From an uncultured Alphaproteobacteria bacterium (GTDB lineage Bacteria > Pseudomonadota > Alphaproteobacteria > Rhizobiales > Beijerinckiaceae): a stretch of 64,000 nucleotides of DNA. Below, piece by piece: positions 56,659 through 64,000 of the stretch. Made by a program: the position numbers and the translations under genes. The stretch lies in NCBI GenBank assembly GCA_963768555.1, contig CAVYIZ010000062.1:26503-90502 (forward strand), given 5' to 3'. Within the stretch, counting starts at the first letter, position 1, and each line of letters starts with the position of its first letter. Below the pieces are notes generated by a model. It ran no database searches, was not told the origin of the DNA, and saw only the letters and a list, made by a program, of their open reading frames with translations.

Positions 56659-58045
56659 TGAACTGGACCCCATTGGTGGGACCACGGGGGGTTGGATTTA
56701 AGGTGTAATCTCGCCTGCTCCTGTCCTTCAAGAATCAAACCGCTTCTTGCTGCTTCTGTCTCTGCTGTGGGTATGTGGGCAACGCGTTTGCGTTGTCCAA
56801 GCGAAGCGGCATATCCACAGCCCTCGCCGCCGCCTCGATTTTGTCCATGCCGGCGCGCCACACCGCCATCGGCATCTGGTTGTTCATCGCCTGGTGCGGG
56901 CGCCGAAAATTGTAAAAGGTCATCCAGGAGCTGATGCCGGACCGCGCCTCGCAGCCATCGGCGTAGGCTTTCAGATGCACTTCTTCGTACTTGATCGAGC
57001 GCCACAGCCATTCGATGAAAATGTTGTCCATGAAGCGGCCGCGTCCGTCCATCGAAATCTCGACGCCGGCCGTCACAAGCTTGCTGGTGAAAGCCTCGGC
57101 GGTGAAAGTGGAGCCCTGGTCGGTATTGAAAATCTGCGGCTTTCCGAACCGAAGCAGCGCCTCCTCCAGCGCCGCCGCGCAGAAGCTCGCATCGTTGGTG
57201 TTCGACAGCCGCCATGCCAGAACCGCCCGGCTGGCCCAGTCGATGATCGCCACCAGATAGAGGAAGCCGCACGCCATCGGGATGTAGGTCACGTCGGCCG
57301 CCCACACGTGGTTCGGCTCGACAATCTTCAGGCCGCGCAGCAGGTAGGGGTATATCTTGTGCCTGGGCGCGGCTTTGCTCGTGCCGGGGCGCGGAACCAG
57401 CGCCTCGATCCCCATCACCCGCATCAGCCGCCGCACTCGCTTGCGGTTGACCCCACGGCCTTCCTTGTTGAGTTCGAAGGTCATTCGCCGCGAGCCGTAG
57501 AACGGAAGCTCGAGATGCAGTTCGTCGATCCGGCGCATCACCGCCAGATCGTCCGCCTCGGTGACAGGCTTTGAGCGGTAGACCCCCGAGCGCGTCACGC
57601 TCAACAGCGCGCATTGGCGGCGCACCGACAGGTCCTTGCCAGGCCGTTCGACCATCGCTCTTCGATCGGGCGCGCTCATCGCCCTGGCCTCCCGGCCAAG
57701 AAATCCCGTTCGACCGTCAGTTGGCCGATCTTGGCGTAAAGCTTGGCCGTCTCGCGCTCGCGCTCCTCCTCGCCATCCCCCGAACCGCTCGCCCCTCGCG
57801 CGAACAGGCTCGCGACATTGTCGAGAACCTGCTTCTTCCAGGCATAAATCTGGTTCGGATGCACCCCGTGCCGCTTCGCCAGTTCCGGAACCGTCGCATC
57901 CTCGCGCAGCGCCTCAAGCGCAATCTTCGCCTTGAACGCCGCATCAAACTTCTTGCGTGACTTCGTCATTCCTCGCTCCATCGGTTGCGACAGAGCAGGA
58001 CTTTTCACACCTTAGCCAATGGTCCTAAATCCGGGGTCCAGCTCA
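56659..58045 (-). mobile_element. IS3-family IS (orfA 57969..57676, orfB 57679..56735)
   Basis: TG..CA ends with TIR TGA(A/G)CTGGACCCC; [12 protein letters not shown]; WAADVTY, NTDQGS, DNIFIE integrase core; ATGA overlap. Confidence 0.95.
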
Positions 58046-58878
58046 TGGAGAGCGTGAGCCGCCGCGCGGGTACGGGCGCGATTGTGCCGCGAGACGGGCT
58101 AGGCCCGCATGGGCTTGAACGGACTGGCGAATCCGGATGTCTGCCGAACACAACAAGAACAATGTCTTGGAGAAAACCGGACCCTGTGCTAATGTTGTTT
58201 CAGTGAGCCGATAGTGCGGCGCCGGAGACCGACCATGCCCCTCGAAGCCGTTCCGCCTGGCGCCGCTTGCAACCGACCGGTCGGGGGGCGGCGCGCAGCG
58301 GTTCGCCGCGAGGAGGGGCCGAGAAGTCGCTGATAACCTCTTGATAAGTCACGATTCTCTGCAAAGAATGGAAGGAAATGTAAGCAGTTTCTTTCCCTTT
58401 TTGAGCTCCTAGCGTGTCCCCGGAACGCGCGGATGATTCGTTTTGGAAATTGGGGGGCGCTCGGCGGGATGCGAACGTGGCCTTCAGGCGGGGCGTTCCT
58501 TGGCAATGCGTGAGCAGGCGGTCGCTCAGACAGAAAAGCGCGCTTAAACGTTTGAAAACATGGCGTCGCGTCGAGAACTGCGCGGGCGTCGTCTTACCGC
58601 GTCAACGGCTACGACGAGATCGAGGTTTCCGCTGGGCAAGCTGAAATCGACGACCGGTTCGACGCCGTCGGCCACCTCTTGGAGCCGAATGGATGGCGCC
58701 GCCGACCCCGGCGCGACTGCATAGTTCGTTTGCAGTTCGCGTAATTGATAGATATGTCGGTTGACTCGGTGTAACCTTCCGAAATCAGACTGCAGGCCCT
58801 GCAACCACGCCGTTGGAAGGAAGCGCTCACGATCGCCGATTTCGCGTACAATCGGGTGCTCCTTTGGGAGGCCGCGCC

Positions 58879-61303
58879 ATGACGCTCGTGCAAGGCGTCG
58901 GCGGCCATGCGCAATTCGTCGCGATGGAAATCCGCGTCCGCGGCCGGGTGCAGGGCGTGGGATTCCGCCCGACGGTCTGGCGCATTGCGCGCGAGCTCGA
59001 GCTCGTCGGCGAAGTGCTCAACGATTCCGAGGGCGTCCTGGTGCGTGTCGGCGGCAAGCCGCGGAACGTCGAGGATTTCATCGCCCGGGTGGAGAGCGAA
59101 CCGCCGCCGCTGGCGCGGATCGATCGGTTGGAAGCTCACGCCTTCAACGGCCCGCTGCCGCCAAAGTTTCGCATCGTTGAAAGCCTCGCCGGCGACCCGC
59201 ACACGCAAGTTGCGCCGGACGCAGCAATCTGCGCGGCTTGCGCCGAGGAAATCCTCGATCCGTTCGAGCGCCGCTACCACTATCCCTTCACCAACTGCAC
59301 GCACTGCGGGCCGCGCCTGAGCATCGTCAAGGGGATCCCGTACGATCGCGCCAACACGACGATGTCGCCCTTCCCGATGTGCGAGACGTGCGGAGGCGAA
59401 TACCGCAATCCCGCCGATCGGCGTTTCCACGCGGAAGCGATCGCCTGCCACATTTGCGGCCCCCGGGCGACGCTCGTTCGCTTCGACGGCCGGGCGACGA
59501 GTTTCGACCAGCATTCGCTGCTCGATTGCGTCGACGCGGCGGGCGGCCTCATCGCCAAAGGCGAGATCGTCGCCATCAAGGGGCTCGGCGGCTTTCAGCT
59601 CGCTTGCGACGCGGCCAATGCCGAAGCCGTGGCGCGGCTGCGTCGATTGAAGCGCCGCGATGCGAAGCCGTTCGCGCTGATGGCGCGGGATCTCGATATC
59701 GTCAGGCGCTATTGCACGGTCGGACCGGCGGAGGAGCGGGCGCTCGCCGGCGCCGAGGCGCCGATCGTGCTGCTCAAGGCCGACAAGTCCGAGAAACTGC
59801 CGGACGAGGTCGCCCCCGGTCTTGCGACCCTCGGCTTCATGCTGCCGACGACGCCGCTGCATCTCATGATGCTGGCGCGCATGGAGCGCCCCGTGGTGAT
59901 GACGAGCGGCAATCTCTCCGAGGAGCCGCAGGTCATCGACGACGGCGCGGCGCATGCGCGGCTTGGCGACATCGCGGCTTATGCGCTCACGCATGACCGG
60001 GAGATCGCCAATCGCGTCGACAACTCCGTCGCCCGCGAGATGGCGGGCCGGATGCGCCTGTTGCGGCGCGCGCGCGGCTTCGCGCCGGCGCCCATCCCGC
60101 TGCCGCCGGGGTTCGAGGCGGCGCCCGAACTTCTCGCGTTTGGAGGGGAGCTCAAGGCGACCTTCTGTCTCGTCAAGGACGGCGAGGCCATCCTGTCCCA
60201 GCATCAGGGCGATCTGGAGAACGTCGAAACCTTCGACGACTACCGGAAGAACCTGGCGCTTTACGCCGAGCTTTTCCGTCATGCGCCGCGCGCTCTCGTC
60301 GCCGATCGGCATCCGGAATATCTGTCGGCCAAGCTCGCCGGGACGTGGGCGGGAGCGAAGTCGCTGCCGCTGATCGAGGCCCAGCACCATCACGCCCATG
60401 TCGCGGCGTGCCTCGTCGAAAACGGGGTTCCGCTCGACGCTCCCCCCGCGCTCGGCATCGTCCTTGACGGCCTCGGCTGGGGCGACGACGGGACGATCTG
60501 GGGCGGAGAATTTCTGCTCGCCGACTATCGCGGCTTCGAGCGGCTCGGTCTCTTCAAGCCGGTGGCGATGCCGGGCGGCGCTAAGGCCGCACGCGAGCCT
60601 TGGCGCAACCTCTACGCCCATCTGATGGCCGAGATGGGTTGGATTGAATTCTCGATGAATTTCGCCGAACTCGAGGTTCACCGCGACCTTTCCCGCCGCC
60701 CGCGCGCGACGCTCGACGCGATGACGCGGCGCGGAGTTGAATTCGCCAAAAGCCTCCTCGTGCGGAAGGCTGTTCGACGCGGTGGCGGCGGCCTTGAACG
60801 TCTGCCGCGAGCGGCAGGCCTACGAGGGCGAGGCCGGCGCGCGTCTGGAGGCGATCGTCGACCTCGACGCCATGGGCCGCGAGGACGAGGATTCCGCCTA
60901 TCCGTTCGCGATCCCGAATCTGCGCGAGGGCGGCCTGCCCTATATCGAACCGCTGGCGATGTGGCGGGCGCTGCTCGGCGATCTCATCCTGCAAACTCCG
61001 GCCCCGCTGATCGCGGCGCGCTTTCACAAGGGCCTCGCCAAGATCATCGTCGCCATGGCAAAGAAGCTCGCGGGACGCGACGACGCGGGCGGCGCGCAAT
61101 TCGACGCCGTCGCCCTCACCGGCGGATGCTTTCAGAACCGCGTTCTGTTCGAGGAGGTCGTTCGCCGCCTCGAGCAGGAGAACTTCACCGTGCTCTCGCA
61201 TGCGCAGGTTCCCGCCAATGACGGCGGTCTTGCGCTCGGACAGGCGGCGATCGGCGCCGCGCGTCTCATCGGCGGCGGAACGAAGACCCGCAACCCAGGT
61301 TGA
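58879..61303 (+). CDS. hypF: Hydrogenase maturation carbamoyltransferase HypF (frameshift near 60738)
   Basis: GRVQGVGFRP, PFTNCTHCGPR, RRFHAE, IKGLGGF, QHHHAH, DGLGWG, SSCGRLFD, PANDGGLALGQ. Confidence 0.96.
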
Positions 61304-61320
61304 ACCAAGGATTAAGCGCC

Positions 61321-61602
61321 ATGTGCCTCGGGATCCCAGGCCGTATCGAGAGAATCGACGATTTCGACAGTATGCTCGCGACCGTCGACGTCGGCGGCGT
61401 CAGGCGGCAGGTCAACATCGCCTGCATCGTCAGCGACGACCATCCCGCGTCTTCCTGCGTGGGGGATTGGGTCCTGATCCATGTCGGTTTCGCCATGAGC
61501 CGGATCGACGAGGCAGAGGCCGCCGAAACCTTGCGCATCTTGACCGAACTCGGCGAAGCCCAGGCCGAACTCGAAGCTATGCGCCTGACCGCCGGCGGAT
61601 GA
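61321..61602 (+). CDS. hypC: HypC chaperone
   Basis: MCLGIPG, VGDWVLIHVGFA. Confidence 0.96.
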   Translation: MCLGIPGRIERIDDFDSMLATVDVGGVRRQVNIACIVSDDHPASSCVGDWVLIHVGFAMSRIDEAEAAETLRILTELGEAQAELEAMRLTAGG

Positions 61603-61615
61603 AGGAGAGCCGGTC

Positions 61616-62308
61616 ATGACAAAAGAAGCCGATCTCCAGACCCTTTATCCCTTTCTGCACGGCGCGGCGCAGGAGCCAAAAAAGCTCGAAGCTGCGCTCT
61701 TGCGCTCGATCGAGGACAAGGCGCGCAACTCGCGCGAAACCAACGCCGCGTTCTTTGGCGCTGAGGCGCCAATTCTGGTCGCGGCGGCCAGGACCGTCGC
61801 GGAGGTCTACCGCCGCGGCGGCCGGCTGTTCTCGATGGGCAATGGCGGTTCGAGCTGCGACGCCTCGCATATCGCGGTCGAATTCGTTCATCCGATCACC
61901 GCCGGACGGCCCGCGCTCGCCGCGATCAATCTTGTCGCTGACATCGCGATGATCTCGGCGGTCGGCAACGACGTCGGCTTCGACCATGTGTTCGTCCGCC
62001 AGATCATCGCGCAGGGCAAGGCGGGGGACGGGCTGATCGGCATTTCGACCAGCGGCAACTCCGCCAATCTCATCTCGGCCTTCGCCAAGGCCAAGGAGAT
62101 GGGCCTCGCCACCATCGGGCTCGCCGGCGGCGACGGCGGCAAGATGAAGGCCAGCGGCGTCGTCGACCATTGCCTTGTCGTCCCGTCAACGTCGATCCAC
62201 CGCATCCAGGAATGCCACGTCGCCGCCTATCACATTCTGTGGGACCTCGTGCACACGCTGCTGGCCGACGATCGCGGATCGGCGGCGACCAAGGGAGAAG
62301 CAGCATGA
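61616..62308 (+). CDS. SIS-domain protein (GmhA/phosphoheptose-isomerase-like)
   Basis: GNGGSSCDASH, AVGNDVGF, ISTSGNS, IQECH. Confidence 0.9.
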   Translation: MTKEADLQTLYPFLHGAAQEPKKLEAALLRSIEDKARNSRETNAAFFGAEAPILVAAARTVAEVYRRGGRLFSMGNGGSSCDASHIAVEFVHPITAGRPALAAINLVADIAMISAVGNDVGFDHVFVRQIIAQGKAGDGLIGISTSGNSANLISAFAKAKEMGLATIGLAGGDGGKMKASGVVDHCLVVPSTSIHRIQECHVAAYHILWDLVHTLLADDRGSAATKGEAA

Positions 62309-63435
62309 GATATCTCGACGAATTCCGCGACAGCGCCAAGGCGAGCATCCTCGTGCGGGAAATCGAGGCGCTGGTCGCGACCATGGATATCCCGGCCGAG
62401 CGGCCGCTCAATATCATGGAAGTGTGCGGGGGACACACGCATTCGATCTTTCGCTACGGCGTGGAGGGCATGCTGCCCAAACAGATCGAGCTGGTGCACG
62501 GGCCTGGTTGCCCGGTCTGCGTCCTGCCGATGGGGCGGGTCGACGACTGCGTCGCAATCGCCGAGCAGAAGCATGTGATCTTCACGACCTTCGGCGACGC
62601 CATGCGCGTGCCCGGCTCCAGAAAGAGCCTGCTGCAGGCCAAGGCCGACGGCGCCGACGTGCGCATGGTCTATTCGCCCATGGACGCGCTCGCGTTGGCG
62701 CGCGCCAATCCGACCCGGGAAGTGGTGTTCTTCGGGCTCGGGTTCGAGACGACGATGCCGTCGACCGCTCTGACAATTCTTCAGGCCGAAAAGGACGGCG
62801 TGGCGAATTTCTCGGTGTTCTGCAATCACATCACGATTGTTCCGACCATCAAGGCGATCCTCGACAGTCCCGATCTCAGGCTGGACGGCTTTCTCGGGCC
62901 AGGCCACGTCTCGATGGTGATCGGCACGGCACCCTACGAGTTCATCGCCCAATTCTATCGCAAGCCGATGGTGATCGCCGGCTTCGAGCCGCTCGACATC
63001 CTCCAGTCGATCTGGATGGTCCTCAAGCAGATCAAGGAGGGGCGCATCGAAATCGAGAATCAGTACGCTCGCGTCGTTCCGGAAGGCGGCAACGCCGCGG
63101 CGTTGCGCGCGGTGGCGCGGGTCTACGAACTGCGGGAGTTCTTCGAGTGGCGAGGCCTCGGATCGATCGACCATTCCGGCGTCAGGTTGCGCGACGAATA
63201 CGCCCGCTTCGACGCCGAGCGGAAGTTCTCCTTGCCCAACCTCAGGATCGCCGATCCCAAATCCTGCCAATGCGGCGAAGTGCTCAAGGGGGTGATCAAG
63301 CCGTGGCAATGCAAGGTCTTCGGGACGGCGTGCACGCCTGAACGTCCTCTCGGGGCGCTGATGGTGTCTTCGGAAGGCGCCTGCGCGGCCTATTACCAGT
63401 ATGGCGGCGTCAAGCGCCACGCGGCGGCGGAATGA
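62305..63435 (+). CDS. hypD: HypD
   Basis: MEVCGGHTH, GPGCPVC, GFETT, PGHVS, MVSSEGACAA. Confidence 0.97.
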   Translation: MRYLDEFRDSAKASILVREIEALVATMDIPAERPLNIMEVCGGHTHSIFRYGVEGMLPKQIELVHGPGCPVCVLPMGRVDDCVAIAEQKHVIFTTFGDAMRVPGSRKSLLQAKADGADVRMVYSPMDALALARANPTREVVFFGLGFETTMPSTALTILQAEKDGVANFSVFCNHITIVPTIKAILDSPDLRLDGFLGPGHVSMVIGTAPYEFIAQFYRKPMVIAGFEPLDILQSIWMVLKQIKEGRIEIENQYARVVPEGGNAAALRAVARVYELREFFEWRGLGSIDHSGVRLRDEYARFDAERKFSLPNLRIADPKSCQCGEVLKGVIKPWQCKVFGTACTPERPLGALMVSSEGACAAYYQYGGVKRHAAAE

Positions 63436-64000
63436 ACGCGCCCCCGCGCATCCGCGCCCGAACGCTGGGTCAGGTCCATGTGCCGACCGTGACTCTCGCC
63501 CACGGCGGCGGCGGCAAGGCGATGAAGGATCTGATCGACGACGTGTTCGTCAGGGCGTTCGACAATCCCGCGCTGGCGCCGCTCGAGGATCAGGCGCGGT
63601 TCGATCTCCGCGATCTCGCGCGCCACGGCGACCGGCTCGCCTTCACCACCAATTCCTTCGTGGTCGACCCGCTCATCTTCCCCGGCGGCGACATCGGCAA
63701 GCTCGCCGTCTGCGGCACGATCAACGATCTTGCGGTCGGCGGGGCGAGGCCGCTCTACCTATCCTGCGCGGCGATCGTGGAGGAAGGCGTGACCGTCGAC
63801 CTGCTGCGGCAAATCGCCGGCTCGATGGCGAGAGCAGCGGCCGAGGCCGGCGTCGAGATCGTCACTGGCGACACCAAGGTCGTCCACAAGGGCGCCTGCG
63901 ACAAACTGTTCCTCACGACGACCGGAATCGGCGTCATCCGCCAAGACGTCAACCTCGGCGCGAATCTGGCGCGAGAAGGGGACGTCGTTCTGGTCAACGG
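63432..64000 (+). CDS. hypE: HypE (3'-partial)
   Basis: Read by hand: TLAHGGGGKAM, FVVDPLIFPGGDIGKLAVCGTINDLA, VTGDTKVV. Confidence 0.94.
   Translation, partial: MNAPPRIRARTLGQVHVPTVTLAHGGGGKAMKDLIDDVFVRAFDNPALAPLEDQARFDLRDLARHGDRLAFTTNSFVVDPLIFPGGDIGKLAVCGTINDLAVGGARPLYLSCAAIVEEGVTVDLLRQIAGSMARAAAEAGVEIVTGDTKVVHKGACDKLFLTTTGIGVIRQDVNLGANLAREGDVVLVN

Overview
High-GC alphaproteobacterial (Hyphomicrobiales-like; taxonomy inferred from gene content and intergenic repeats) chromosomal window. Many single-base indels break otherwise conserved genes (ppc, mrp, soxB, soxA, hypF), typical of an unpolished long-read sequence, so most frameshifts are treated as errors rather than pseudogenes. Backbone: ppc, mrp, a partial exopolysaccharide export cluster, a dimethylglycine/sarcosine catabolic operon (GcvT-family dehydrogenase, TetR, soxBDAG), crotonase plus feruloyl-CoA-synthetase-like ligase, the glyoxylate (gcl-hyi-glxR-glycerate kinase) operon, mntR/mntH and hypF-hypC-SIS-hypD-hypE. 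It is riddled with mobile DNA: two IS110, four IS1595 (two types), two ISKra4-like, ISAzo13, IS5, IS4, IS3, two non-autonomous miniature elements, two serine resolvases and four toxin-antitoxin pairs. Main result: both IS110 elements carry non-coding regions with hairpin-flanked segments that match their own donor junction and their own insertion site, i.e. readable bridge/seek-type guide RNAs. One sits upstream of its transposase, the other downstream; the downstream one matches a REP-like palindrome that the element has split.
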